A DNA stretch of 49,859 nucleotides from Patescibacteria group bacterium. Its GTDB lineage: Bacteria; Patescibacteriota; Minisyncoccia; Phycocordibacterales; UBA9973. The notes beneath the pieces are model-generated. The model searched no databases and had not been told where the DNA came from. It saw only the letters and a list, made by a program, of their open reading frames with translations. Below, one piece after another: positions 9,598 to 19,671 of this stretch; the stretch's first letter is position 1, and each line of letters opens with the position of its first letter. Both the position numbers and the translations under genes were made by a program. The stretch spans positions 1-49,859 of the forward strand of contig JAHIVA010000003.1 in assembly GCA_018816985.1 (NCBI GenBank), read 5' to 3'.

Positions 9598-10116
9598 ATG
9601 AAAAATCTAGAAGTTGGCATAATTATGGGCTCAGATTCTGATTTAGAGGTAATGGCGGAAGCAGCCAAGGTCCTTGAAGAATTTAAGGTACCCTATGAAA
9701 TAACGGTTGCTTCGGCGCATCGCAGTCCTGACTTGGTTCATAAATATGCAACTATTGCTAAAGATTGCGGATTAAAAATTATTATTGCTGGTGCTGGAGG
9801 CGCAGCACATTTAGCAGGGGTAATTGCTTCATTAACAACCCTACCAGTTATCGGTGTACCTATTAAAACAAAAAATCTAGATGGTCTTGATTCCATTCTT
9901 TCAACGGTCAACATGCCTTCCGGTATACCGGTGGCCACTGTCGGAATTAACTCTGCTAAAAATGCTGGATTGTTGGCCATAGCCATGCTCGCAATATCTG
10001 ATAAAAATTTAGAAAAAAAATTAGTTGCTTATAAAAATAAAATGAATAAGGAAATAAAAATAAAAAGCAAAAAACTTTTAAAAATTGGATATAAAAAATA
10101 TTTGCAAAATAAATGA
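9598..10116 (+). CDS. purE: N5-CAIR mutase (class I PurE)
   Basis: IMGSDSD, SAHR, AGGAAHL, PVIGVP, MPSGIPVATV. Confidence 0.97.
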   Translation: MKNLEVGIIMGSDSDLEVMAEAAKVLEEFKVPYEITVASAHRSPDLVHKYATIAKDCGLKIIIAGAGGAAHLAGVIASLTTLPVIGVPIKTKNLDGLDSILSTVNMPSGIPVATVGINSAKNAGLLAIAMLAISDKNLEKKLVAYKNKMNKEIKIKSKKLLKIGYKKYLQNK

Positions 10117-11153
10117 CTGACTTATATAAACAAGCTGGGGTAAATATTGAAGCTGGAAATGAAGTCGTCAAGCGAATTAAGGAAGACGTCATGAGCACCC
10201 ATACCAAAGCGGTGCTAACCAACATTGGACATTTCGGAGGATTGTATGACCTAGGAGAGATAATAAAAAATTATAAACACCCAATCTTAGTTCAAAGTAT
10301 TGACGGCGTGGGAACAAAGCTTTTGGTGGCCAAAATGGTAAATAAATACGACTCTGTGGGGGAAGACATGGTTGGACATAGTTGTGGAGATATTTTAGCC
10401 ATGGGTGCACGGCCAATTATTTTTTTAGATTATGTCGCTAACGAAACACTCGTACCCGAAGAAATGGAACAAATAGTTTCTGGAATGGTAAGGTCTTGTA
10501 AAAAAGCCGGTGTCGCAATTATCGGTGGCGAAACCGCGGAAATGCCTGGGGTATATATGAAAGGAGAACATGATATCGCCGGATGTATCACCGGCATAGT
10601 AGAGAAAGATAAAATAATCACCGGAGAAAAAATTAAGGAAGGTGATATTATTCTAGGTCTTGCTTCTTCTGGATTGCACACTAATGGATTCTCCCTGGCA
10701 AGAAAATTAATTTTCGAAACAGCTAAACTTTCAATAAGAGATAAAATTCCTGAACTCAACACGACTATCGGCCAAGCACTTTTACAAATTCATCTAAATT
10801 ATACCGAGCCTATATTGGCTATTCTTGATTCGGGCATTGAAATAAAAGGCATCGCCCATATAACTGGCGGGGGCTTTATAGAGAATATTCCACGAGTACT
10901 TCCAAAAAACCTTAACGCAGAAATTAAAAAAGATTCCTGGCCAGTACTTCCTATTTTTTCTTTTTTACAGAAAATCGGCCAGGTAAACGAAGAGGAAATG
11001 TATACAGCTTTCAATATGGGCATAGGAATGGTTCTAATAGCTTCGTCAGCAGAAAAAGAAAAAATTAAAATAATCTTGGAAAAATATTCAGATTATCATT
11101 TATATGAAATCGGTCAAATTATTAAAGGAGAAGGTAAAGTAAAATTAGTTTAA
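10113..11153 (+). CDS. purM: AIR synthase
   Basis: YKQAGV, DGVGTK, GGETAEMP, SSGLHTNGFSL, HITGGG, FNMGIG. Confidence 0.98.
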   Translation: MTDLYKQAGVNIEAGNEVVKRIKEDVMSTHTKAVLTNIGHFGGLYDLGEIIKNYKHPILVQSIDGVGTKLLVAKMVNKYDSVGEDMVGHSCGDILAMGARPIIFLDYVANETLVPEEMEQIVSGMVRSCKKAGVAIIGGETAEMPGVYMKGEHDIAGCITGIVEKDKIITGEKIKEGDIILGLASSGLHTNGFSLARKLIFETAKLSIRDKIPELNTTIGQALLQIHLNYTEPILAILDSGIEIKGIAHITGGGFIENIPRVLPKNLNAEIKKDSWPVLPIFSFLQKIGQVNEEEMYTAFNMGIGMVLIASSAEKEKIKIILEKYSDYHLYEIGQIIKGEGKVKLV

Positions 11154-11163
11154 TTTAAAAAAA

Positions 11164-12096
11164 ATGAATATTTTAGAAAAAACAGATTTCAAAAATTTAG
11201 GAAAAAAATATATTGGTAAAGTAAGAGATGTTTATATTCAAAACGACAAGGTAATTTTAATTTCCACTGACCGATATTCAGCTTTTGACCGCAATCTTGC
11301 CTTAATCCCTTACAAAGGACAAGTTCTGACACAAATTAGTCGTTTTTGGTTTGAAAATACAAAAGATATTGTAAAAAATCACGTTCTTGATTTTCCAGAT
11401 TCAAATGTAGTGGTGGGTAAAAAATGTAAAGTTATCCCTATAGAAATGGTGGTGCGAGGATATATTACTGGAGTCACTGATACTTCTTTATGGACTTTAT
11501 ATAATAATGGACAAAGAAATTTTGGTGATTTTATTTTACCAGATGGTATGAAAAAAAATCAAAAACTAGCTAAACCAGTTTTAACACCCACGACCAAAGC
11601 TTCGGACCACGACCAACCGTTAACGACTGCTGATATTGTAAACGAAAAAATTGTTTCAAAAGAATTATGGGAAAAAATGATGGACGTAACATTAAAACTC
11701 TTTCAAAGAGGGCAAGAAGTCGCTTTTCAGCATGGATTAATTTTAGTAGATACTAAATATGAATTTGGCTTAGATGAGAGCGGAGAACTAACTCTCGTTG
11801 ACGAAATTCATACTCCCGATTCCTCTCGTTATTGGCAAGCAAAAACTTACGAGGAACGCATTAAAGGTGGCCTAGAACCAGAAAATTTCGATAAAGAATT
11901 TCTACGTTTATGGTTTAAAGAACAATGTGATCCATATAAAGATGTTATAATACCACCGGCTCCTCCGGAATTAGTATCAGAGCTATCTCGCCGATATATG
12001 CAGATTTTTGAACAAATTACTGGCACTAGTTTTAAAATTGAAACAGGAAATATTGAAAAAAGAATAGAAAATAATCTTAAAAAATATATAATATAA
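11164..12096 (+). CDS. purC: SAICAR synthetase (long type)
   Basis: GKVRDVY, DRYSAFD, VDTKYEFG, DEIHTPDSSRYW, DKEFLR. Confidence 0.97.
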   Translation: MNILEKTDFKNLGKKYIGKVRDVYIQNDKVILISTDRYSAFDRNLALIPYKGQVLTQISRFWFENTKDIVKNHVLDFPDSNVVVGKKCKVIPIEMVVRGYITGVTDTSLWTLYNNGQRNFGDFILPDGMKKNQKLAKPVLTPTTKASDHDQPLTTADIVNEKIVSKELWEKMMDVTLKLFQRGQEVAFQHGLILVDTKYEFGLDESGELTLVDEIHTPDSSRYWQAKTYEERIKGGLEPENFDKEFLRLWFKEQCDPYKDVIIPPAPPELVSELSRRYMQIFEQITGTSFKIETGNIEKRIENNLKKYII

Positions 12097-12098
12097 TT

Positions 12099-13460
12099 AT
12101 GATAAAGAATGCAATAAATCCACTGGACGGAAGATATTTTGAAAAAACCCGTGCCTTGGCATCTTATTTTTCTGAAGAAGCATTAATGAAATATCGCATT
12201 GTGATGGAGTGTAAATATCTGATAGCTTTATCACAGAATAAAATTCTGAGAAAATTTACATCCAAAGAAATAAAAATAATTACGAATCTTTACGAAAAAT
12301 TTGACGAAACTTTTTATAAAGAAATAAAAAAGATAGAAGTAATAACCAATCATGATGTTAAGGCAGTTGAATATTTTATAAAAGAAAAACTTTCCAAGAC
12401 ATCCTTAAAAGACAGTGTTGAGTGGGTTCATTTTGCCGTCACCTCGGAAGATACAAACAACATCGCCTATGCGTTCATTTTGTCTGACTCTTTAGAGAAT
12501 GTACTAATACCTTCAATTTCAGAAATAATTTCAGAATTAAATATTTTAGCGAATAAATATAAAAATTTACCAATGCTGGCTCGTACTCATGGGCAAAGCG
12601 CTTCTCCCACTACTTTCGGCAAAGAAATGAATGTTTTTCGTTCTCGCTTAGAAAAACAGCTTAAAAATTTACAAAAAATAAAAATAGAAGCAAAACTAAA
12701 TGGCGCTACTGGAAACTATAATGCCCACCTAGTTGCTTATCCAAATATAAATTGGTTAGAATTTAGTAAAAAATTTATTGAGGATTTTAATAAAAACCGA
12801 AAGCAGAAATTTGCCGTCAATTTAAACACGACTCAAATAGAATGTCACGATAGTTATATAGAAATTTTTGACGCCCTGCGAAGAATAAATAGTATCCTGC
12901 TAGATTTTAATCAGGATATGTGGCGATATATTTCTGACAACTGGGTAACTCAAAAACCAAAAGCAGGGGAAATAGGCTCTTCCACTATGCCCCACAAAAT
13001 AAATCCCATCGATTTTGAAAACAGTGAAGGAAATTTAGGACTAGCAAATGCTTTGTTTGAATTTTTTGCTCGCAAGCTCCCAGTCTCGCGCCTACAACGA
13101 GATTTATCAGATTCCACAGTAGAACGCACCCTTGGTACTGCTTTTGGACATTCTTATTTAGCTTATATTTCATTACTTAAAGGATTAAGTAAAATAAAAG
13201 TGAATGAAAATAAAATAAGAGAAGACTTAAATGCACATCCAGAAGTTATTGCCGAAGCAATCCAAACAATTTTAAGAAGGGAAGAGGTAAAATTTCCTTA
13301 TGAAAAATTAAAAAATTTAACTCGAGGTAAACAAGTGGCCTTAGAAGATATTCATAAATTTATCAAAACACTTGACGTCAGTAATAAAATCAAAACTGAA
13401 CTCTTAGCAATCACTCCAGAAAATTACCTCGGTCTTGCGTCAAAACTGGCTTCCAAGTAG
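12099..13460 (+). CDS. purB: Adenylosuccinate lyase
   Basis: PLDGRY, TNHDVKAVEY, GSSTMPHKINPIDFEN, SRLQRDLSDS. Confidence 0.98.
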   Translation: MIKNAINPLDGRYFEKTRALASYFSEEALMKYRIVMECKYLIALSQNKILRKFTSKEIKIITNLYEKFDETFYKEIKKIEVITNHDVKAVEYFIKEKLSKTSLKDSVEWVHFAVTSEDTNNIAYAFILSDSLENVLIPSISEIISELNILANKYKNLPMLARTHGQSASPTTFGKEMNVFRSRLEKQLKNLQKIKIEAKLNGATGNYNAHLVAYPNINWLEFSKKFIEDFNKNRKQKFAVNLNTTQIECHDSYIEIFDALRRINSILLDFNQDMWRYISDNWVTQKPKAGEIGSSTMPHKINPIDFENSEGNLGLANALFEFFARKLPVSRLQRDLSDSTVERTLGTAFGHSYLAYISLLKGLSKIKVNENKIREDLNAHPEVIAEAIQTILRREEVKFPYEKLKNLTRGKQVALEDIHKFIKTLDVSNKIKTELLAITPENYLGLASKLASK

Positions 13461-13463
13461 AAT
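13435..13463 (+). promoter_or_regulatory. Sigma70-type promoter, leaderless geometry
   Basis: TTGCGT-17 nt-TAGAAT, then 6 nt to ATG 13470. Confidence 0.55.
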
Positions 13464-13469
13464 AGGTCT

Positions 13470-13736
13470 ATGTTGTTTAGAATTTTAGCTTCTCTTTTAC
13501 TCTTATTTTCAATACTTTTTATGCCTTTTTGGGTGTCTGTCATTTTAGCTTTAGCTGGAATGATTTATTTTAATGTTTTTTTCGAAGCAATAATTTTATT
13601 TATTTTATCGGATTTGCTTTATGGAACAAAAGAGTCAAGTTTTCCTGTAGTTTTTACTTCTTTTATCGTCACTTCAATTGTTTTAATAATGATAGAAATA
13701 ATGAAAAAAAAAGTAAAATTTTATAATGATCGTTAA
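13470..13736 (+). CDS. Small membrane protein
   Basis: 88 aa, almost entirely hydrophobic; overlaps the PBP start. Confidence 0.75.
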   Translation: MLFRILASLLLLFSILFMPFWVSVILALAGMIYFNVFFEAIILFILSDLLYGTKESSFPVVFTSFIVTSIVLIMIEIMKKKVKFYNDR

Positions 13737-15420
13737 AATATTTAAAAAAAATAAAAAGAAAAAAAATACCTTGGTAGAACCAGACGAGATTTTTCTAGAT
13801 TCAAAAAATCTAGAAAGTTTTGATCGCCAGCAATTTGAGGGACGGATAGAGCGTCCTATCCCTAAAAAAAATATTCTCTTGCTTGGTATTTTATTTTTAT
13901 TTTTTACAGTAATTTTTGGAACTCGGCTTGTTTATCTTCAAATCCAAAAAGGGGAAACATATTTTAAACGTAGCCAAAATAATATACTAGAAAAAGTTCC
14001 TATTTTTACCGATCGGGGAATGGTCTACGATCGTAATAAGGTAGAATTAACCTGGAATGAAAAAACAAGCGAATCTTCCATTCCTATTCGAAATTATTTG
14101 TCACCAGGATTCTCACATCTTTTAGGTTATGTGAGTTATCCCACAATGGATAATTCTGGCAATTATTGGCAGGTCGAATTTATAGGCAAAGATGGATTAG
14201 AAAAACAATACAATGATTCACTAAAGGGTGAAAATGGAGCAAAAATAATAGAAACAGATGCATTGGGAAAAGTATATTCGGAAAATATTATCAATGCACC
14301 CAAAAAAGGTACCGACTTAATAACGACGATTGATTCAAGAATTCAAAAAGAATTGTTCAATCTCATAAAAAATCTCTCAGCCAATAGAACTTTTAACGGA
14401 GGTTCGGGGATTATAATGAGTACAGAGAATGGAGAGATTATAGCTACCACCAGTTTTCCCGAATATAATTCAGAAATTCTTTCATTAGGAAAAGACGTGG
14501 TAATAATTAATGGTTATTTAACTGACCCAAGAAAAGTTTTTTTAGATAGAGATATCTCTGGACTTTATACTCCAGGATCAATCGTCAAACCCTTTTTTGC
14601 TTTAGGGGCTCTAGTAGAAGGAGTAATTGATCCGTATAAAAAAATTCTTTCTACCGGCTCTATTTCTATCCCTAATCCTTATTTTCCAAATCAAAAAACT
14701 GTTTTTAAAGATTGGCAAGTAAATGGCTGGACAAATATGATGGAAGCATTAGCTGTTTCTTCGGATGTTTATTTTTATGAAATTGGTGGGGGATTTGAAG
14801 ATCAAAAAGGGTTAGGTATAACTAATCTTGGAAAATATGCGGAACTTTTCGGTTTTGGAGAAAAAACAGGAATAGATTTGCCAGACGAAAAAGCTGGGAC
14901 CATTCCCAGTCCGAATTGGAAAATATTAAATTTCAAAGGAGACCCTTGGCGCATTGGAGACACCTATCATACTGCCATCGGACAATATGGATTCCAAGTA
15001 ACCCCAATAGAGATGGTTCGTGCAGTAGCCGCTATTGGAAACAGTGGAATAATGCTCACTCCACATTTAGTGTTAGGTGATTTGGAAAAGGAAAATCAAA
15101 AAACTCTACTTAACTTAAACAAAGAATATTTTAATACTGTACATGAAGGAATGAAACTTGCGGTAACTTCCGGGACCGTGACAGCTCTAAATGTACCCTA
15201 TGTACAAGTAGCTGCTAAATCGGGTACTGCCCAGATTGGAGTAGCTAAAAATAAAGTTAATTCTTGGGTTATTGGTTTCTTTCCTTACAAAAATCCAAAA
15301 TACGCCTTTGCAATAATAATGGAAGCTGGACCCGCAACCACAGGCGGTGGCGCCGCTTCCACTATTATGCGTCAGCTCTTAGACTGGATGTCCGTCAACA
15401 CACCAGAGTATTTTAAGTAA
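13726..15420 (+). CDS. mrdA: Class B penicillin-binding protein (PBP2-like)
   Basis: N-terminal TM, RGMVYDRN, GKDGLEK, PGSIVK (SxxK), SSD, KSGT. Confidence 0.88.
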   Translation: MIVKIFKKNKKKKNTLVEPDEIFLDSKNLESFDRQQFEGRIERPIPKKNILLLGILFLFFTVIFGTRLVYLQIQKGETYFKRSQNNILEKVPIFTDRGMVYDRNKVELTWNEKTSESSIPIRNYLSPGFSHLLGYVSYPTMDNSGNYWQVEFIGKDGLEKQYNDSLKGENGAKIIETDALGKVYSENIINAPKKGTDLITTIDSRIQKELFNLIKNLSANRTFNGGSGIIMSTENGEIIATTSFPEYNSEILSLGKDVVIINGYLTDPRKVFLDRDISGLYTPGSIVKPFFALGALVEGVIDPYKKILSTGSISIPNPYFPNQKTVFKDWQVNGWTNMMEALAVSSDVYFYEIGGGFEDQKGLGITNLGKYAELFGFGEKTGIDLPDEKAGTIPSPNWKILNFKGDPWRIGDTYHTAIGQYGFQVTPIEMVRAVAAIGNSGIMLTPHLVLGDLEKENQKTLLNLNKEYFNTVHEGMKLAVTSGTVTALNVPYVQVAAKSGTAQIGVAKNKVNSWVIGFFPYKNPKYAFAIIMEAGPATTGGGAASTIMRQLLDWMSVNTPEYFK

Positions 15421-15503
15421 ATAACAAATAGAAGTATTACTAAACGCACGACAAAAACTTGTTCATCTTTACAAATAAGTTTTTATTGTTCATAATATAG
15501 CTA

Positions 15504-16448
15504 ATGTTTACTTGGTTAAAAAAACATTTTATTCCACACGAAGGAAATGAGCATCGTCCACATATTTTACGTGGTTATAATATTCGTAATCTTATTATTA
15601 TTGTTATTTTTTTAGAAATAATAACTTTTCTCTTACCGACACTAACTCATCTAAATACAGCAGGGAACATGGCAGCAGTTTTGCCAGCTGTCTTGTCTAA
15701 TCTAACAAACGAAAAGCGACAATCTCAAGATCTTCAAACTTTAACAGTTAATCCAATTTTAAATAAAGCAGCCGAAATGAAAGCAGAAGATATGTCCGCC
15801 AAAGGATACTTTGCCCACACCAGCCCTGAAGGAAAAACTCCTTGGTATTGGCTTGAGCAAGTAGGTTATCAATACCAATATGCTGGTGAAAATCTAGCTA
15901 TTAACTTTAGCGATTCCAAAGATGTCGCTACTGCTTGGATGTCTAGTTCTTCCCATAAATCAAATATTATAAAAGAAAACTATACAGAAATCGGTACCGG
16001 TATTGCTACTGGTATATATGAAGGATATGAGACAATTTTCGTAACTCAAATTTACGCAAATCCTCTAAAAGAAACAATAGGACAAATAGAATCCACCTCA
16101 AAAGAAATAAAAACAAATAATGAGGAACTGATAAATGTTCTTGGGGCAGAAACAGTTATAACTACAGAAAATACTCAAGATATTTTAATTAGCCCAGCTG
16201 AAAATGCTTCATTTTGGCAAAAACTAATTGCCTCACCCCGCAATACTACTAATATATTTCTATATATTATTTTCGGAATTATTGTCCTTGCCTTGTTTTT
16301 ATATGTAATATTTATAAAAATGAAAAATCATCATCTTGGATTAATAACAAATGGATTAGTTGTTTTAGCTATTATTGGAGTGATTTTTATTACCAATTAC
16401 TATTTAAGTCATCACAATATGGTAATTACCCAAAGTTTGGATTTTTAA
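15504..16448 (+). CDS. CAP/SCP-domain membrane protein
   Basis: YFAHTSPEG, AGENLA, WMSSSSHKSNI, EIGTG; terminal TM segments. Confidence 0.88.
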   Translation: MFTWLKKHFIPHEGNEHRPHILRGYNIRNLIIIVIFLEIITFLLPTLTHLNTAGNMAAVLPAVLSNLTNEKRQSQDLQTLTVNPILNKAAEMKAEDMSAKGYFAHTSPEGKTPWYWLEQVGYQYQYAGENLAINFSDSKDVATAWMSSSSHKSNIIKENYTEIGTGIATGIYEGYETIFVTQIYANPLKETIGQIESTSKEIKTNNEELINVLGAETVITTENTQDILISPAENASFWQKLIASPRNTTNIFLYIIFGIIVLALFLYVIFIKMKNHHLGLITNGLVVLAIIGVIFITNYYLSHHNMVITQSLDF

Positions 16449-16512
16449 AATAAATTTTAATATCGATAGAAAGCTATTTGCATTTTTTTTGTTTATAAAA
16501 TACAATACATTT

Positions 16513-16740
16513 ATGCAAAAAGCACGAATATTTTTAGTTTTAGGTATTTGGATAGCAATATTACCATATTTAGGTTTTCCATATTCTTGGAAAGATAGCC
16601 TGACGACTCTTTCTGGGTTAGGACTTATGTATGTGAGTTTTATGCTATATAAAGAATCCAAATTAAGAGAGAAAAAAGAAGAAAAAATTTTTGAAAATTT
16701 TTCAGAAAATGAATTCAAGGAAGAGGAAGGAGAAAAGTAA
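16513..16740 (+). CDS. Small two-TM protein
   Basis: MQKARIF... with two hydrophobic helices and an acidic tail; ATG 16513 preferred over the track start. Confidence 0.7.
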   Translation: MQKARIFLVLGIWIAILPYLGFPYSWKDSLTTLSGLGLMYVSFMLYKESKLREKKEEKIFENFSENEFKEEEGEK

Positions 16741-16751
16741 AATATAATCTA

Positions 16752-17975
16752 ATGAAAAATTTTTTTAAAACAAGACGTATTGCTACTGTCATTATCATTA
16801 TTGCTTTGTTTTTTATTACTTTTGCTGTAGGTGTCTATGTGGGTAATTCTAATCGACCCGCAATAGATAAAATTTTAGGTTTAACTAATAAAGAAACACA
16901 AGTCACCACTCAAACAGACTTTTCTCCTTTTTGGAAAGTCTGGAATATAATTAACGAAAAATACCCAAAGGCTGATACTATTACTGACCAGAACAGGGTT
17001 TATGGGGCTATTTTGGGCCTAGTAGGCTCTTTAGATGATCCATATAGTGTATTCTTTAATCCAGAGGAAACTAAATCTTTTAAAGAAGAAATAGCCGGCA
17101 ATTTTGATGGAATCGGTATGGAAGTGGGAATAAAAAATAAAGTTCTCACAGTAATTGCTCCACTCAAGGATACTCCTGCTTATCGGGCTAATATAAAATC
17201 CGGCGATGAAATCCTGAAAATTAATGAAAAAATCACTAGTGGATTAAGTATTGAGGAAGCAGTTAAATTAATACGTGGGCCTAAGGGAACATCTGTCACT
17301 CTCACTATTTTCCGTGAAGGACTACAACAACCAAAAGAAATAACAATTACTAGAGACACAATTAACATTCCCACTTTAGATACAGAATTAAGGGATGATG
17401 GAATTTTTGTTATTAGACTTTACAGTTTTTCCGCCAATTCCGCTAATCTTTTCCGTAGTGCGATAAAACAATTTATAGATTCAGGTAGTGATAAACTTTT
17501 ACTTGATTTACGAGGAAATCCTGGTGGTTACTTGGATGCAGCCGTAGATATGGCTAGTTGGTTTTTAAAGGGAGGGAAAATAGTTGTAACTGAAGATTAT
17601 GGTAATAATAAAACAGCCGAAATATTTAGAAGCAAGGGTTATGATATTTTTAGCGAAAAATTAAAATTTGTGATTTTAATTAACGATGGGTCAGCTTCAG
17701 CTTCCGAAATTCTCGCTGGCGCTATGCAGGATAATGGTCGGGCAAAATTAGTGGGAAGTCAAAGTTTTGGTAAGGGCTCAGTCCAAGAAGTAGTCGGTGT
17801 TACTTCAGATACTGTTTTAAAAATCACCGTAGCCAGATGGCTGACTCCCAATGGAACTTCTATTTCTGAAAAAGGATTGACCCCGGATTATCTTGTGGAA
17901 ATTACTCAAAAAGATATTAATGCTAAAAAAGATCCACAATTAGACAAAGCGGTGGAATTATTATTAAAACTATAA
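16752..17975 (+). CDS. S41 carboxy-terminal processing protease
   Basis: DPYS, GIG (PDZ), DLRGNPGG, SASASEI, FGKGSVQ. Confidence 0.95.
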   Translation: MKNFFKTRRIATVIIIIALFFITFAVGVYVGNSNRPAIDKILGLTNKETQVTTQTDFSPFWKVWNIINEKYPKADTITDQNRVYGAILGLVGSLDDPYSVFFNPEETKSFKEEIAGNFDGIGMEVGIKNKVLTVIAPLKDTPAYRANIKSGDEILKINEKITSGLSIEEAVKLIRGPKGTSVTLTIFREGLQQPKEITITRDTINIPTLDTELRDDGIFVIRLYSFSANSANLFRSAIKQFIDSGSDKLLLDLRGNPGGYLDAAVDMASWFLKGGKIVVTEDYGNNKTAEIFRSKGYDIFSEKLKFVILINDGSASASEILAGAMQDNGRAKLVGSQSFGKGSVQEVVGVTSDTVLKITVARWLTPNGTSISEKGLTPDYLVEITQKDINAKKDPQLDKAVELLLKL

Positions 17976-17983
17976 ATTAATTT

Positions 17984-18427
17984 ATGAAAATTATTTTTTT
18001 ACAAGATGTTCCCAGGGTAGGGAAGAAATACGATATTAAAGAAGTAAATGATGGCTATGCTATGAATTTTTTATTACCCAGAAAATTAGCAGAAATGGCC
18101 ACACCAAAAGCCATCGCTTCGCTAGAAATGCACCAAAAAGAAATTGTAATTGAAAGGGAAGTGCAAGAAACTCTACTCCTGAAAAATTTAGAAGAAATTA
18201 AGGGAAAAGTGATTATAATTAAAGCAAAGGCGGATGAAAAAGGTCATCTGTTTTCTGGAATAAAAAATAAAGAAATTGTAGAAGAAATGAAAACTCAACA
18301 TCACGCCGATATTAGCGAAGAATGTATTGCTTTAGAAAAACCAATTAAAGAAGTAGGGGAGTTTGAAATCCCGATTTTCATTAAAGATAAAAAATCTTCG
18401 TTTAAACTTATCGTAGAAAGAATTTAA
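17984..18427 (+). CDS. rplI: 50S ribosomal protein L9
   Basis: MKIIFLQDV, VNDGYAMNFLLP, GHLFSGI, PIKEVG. Confidence 0.96.
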   Translation: MKIIFLQDVPRVGKKYDIKEVNDGYAMNFLLPRKLAEMATPKAIASLEMHQKEIVIEREVQETLLLKNLEEIKGKVIIIKAKADEKGHLFSGIKNKEIVEEMKTQHHADISEECIALEKPIKEVGEFEIPIFIKDKKSSFKLIVERI

Positions 18428-18428
18428 A

Positions 18429-18701
18429 TTAAACCACATTCACTATTTTTTTAACAACAACGTTACCGTTGAAAGAAGTTTTGCGCTTAGAGCCAAATTT
18501 GACCATACCGTCTTTAAGAGAGAAAAGGGTATGATCTTTACCTACAGATACGTTTGTCCCAGCCATAATAGCTGTACCGCGCTGACGAACGATAATAGAG
18601 CCAGCCTGAGCCTTTTGGCCGTCGGTAAGCTTAATACCGAGGTATTTTGGTTGCGAATCTCTTAAGTTTTTGGCTGTACCGCCAGCTTTTCTATGTGCCA
18701 T
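18429..18701 (-). CDS. rpmA: 50S ribosomal protein L27
   Basis: [26 protein letters not shown]. Confidence 0.98.
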   Translation of the reverse strand: MAHRKAGGTAKNLRDSQPKYLGIKLTDGQKAQAGSIIVRQRGTAIMAGTNVSVGKDHTLFSLKDGMVKFGSKRKTSFNGNVVVKKIVNVV

Positions 18702-18723
18702 GAAATGTAGTATAATTTATTTC

Positions 18724-19083
18724 ATGGAAAAAATCAAGCAATTTCTAGAAAATGAAAAAGGGAAGGACCTTTTGACAGTTATTATTGTAATTTTGGTCGG
18801 ATTAGGGTCATTTGAGCTGGGCAGGCTATCTTCTAAGGAAAATAGCTTTTCGGGTATAAAAATAGAGTATCCCGACCAAGGGATAAATCAAGCTGCAAGT
18901 CCTATAATAACCCAAAATTCAAATTCTGTTGGAAAAATTTTTTTTGCTTCAAGTAAGGGAAGTAAATACTATACCATTAGTTGTTCAGCCGGAAAAACAA
19001 TCAAGCAAGAAAATAGAATTTACTTTACGACAGGGGAGGAAGCACAAGCAGCCGGATATAGCCTTTCTAGCTCGTGTAATTAA
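18724..19083 (+). CDS. Membrane-anchored protein with Ada metal-binding-like C-terminal domain
   Basis: One TM, then ASSKGSKYY...C...NRIYF...AQAAGY...C; TATAAT 7 nt before ATG 18724. Confidence 0.7.
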   Translation: MEKIKQFLENEKGKDLLTVIIVILVGLGSFELGRLSSKENSFSGIKIEYPDQGINQAASPIITQNSNSVGKIFFASSKGSKYYTISCSAGKTIKQENRIYFTTGEEAQAAGYSLSSSCN

Positions 19084-19157
19084 TATATCTACGTGTCGCA
19101 CAATATATGTTTTGGGTCTTTTATTTAAGATAGACCTATTTAGGCCATACTTATCCT

Positions 19158-19481
19158 TTATTGCACCATTTGGAGACTTTTGGCTGCATTATCAAAATCA
19201 GTGGGCTGACCATCACGAATACGCTCCATATTAGAAATAAAACCTTTCCAAAAAATATTTACCCAAACATCATTCCAAAGGTATGAAGCTGGTTCCGCTA
19301 AATAAGTGGTCCACAAGCTTTTAGCCCCTCCTTTAACATAGTTTACGTTTTCCTGACCAGCAGGACTATCCACAACAGATTTGATGCTTATATTAAAATA
19401 ACTGAGCACTAAAATAACAACCACCGATAAAAATAAAATTCCTAAGATACTTATGCCAGACTGCTTGTTATAATTTTTCAT
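19158..19481 (-). CDS. Hypothetical protein with prepilin-like N-terminus
   Basis: MKNYNKQSG followed by a hydrophobic helix. Confidence 0.7.
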   Translation of the reverse strand: MKNYNKQSGISILGILFLSVVVILVLSYFNISIKSVVDSPAGQENVNYVKGGAKSLWTTYLAEPASYLWNDVWVNIFWKGFISNMERIRDGQPTDFDNAAKSLQMVQ

Positions 19482-19490
19482 TAAAATAAT

Positions 19491-19631
19491 CTATTTTAAA
19501 ACACTTTTAAAAAAACTAGAAAACCAATTAAAAACTTCAGAAATAGTTATTCCAAAAAACTTCATCACAAACAAAGAAATAATAAGAAGAATTATAATTT
19601 GAATGAACCCATTTTCCTTACTATTTTTCAT
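19491..19631 (-). CDS. 46-aa membrane peptide with prepilin-like N-terminus (not in ORF track)
   Basis: MKNSKENGFIQIIILLIISLFVMKFFGITISEVFNWFSSFFKSVLK; TGtTAAAAT 6 nt before ATG. Confidence 0.7.
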   Translation of the reverse strand: MKNSKENGFIQIIILLIISLFVMKFFGITISEVFNWFSSFFKSVLK

Positions 19632-19671
19632 ACTTTTATTTTAACACACAGTCTCTTGCTGAGGCAAGACT

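Noticed and set aside
15453-15484. Inverted repeat AAAAACTTGTT...AATAAGTTTTT after the PBP gene
   Set aside because: AT-rich and weak; cannot distinguish a terminator from chance
19650-19671. Hairpin TCTTGC-TGAG-GCAAGA after the M23 gene
   Set aside because: No U-tract on the relevant strand and only a single copy
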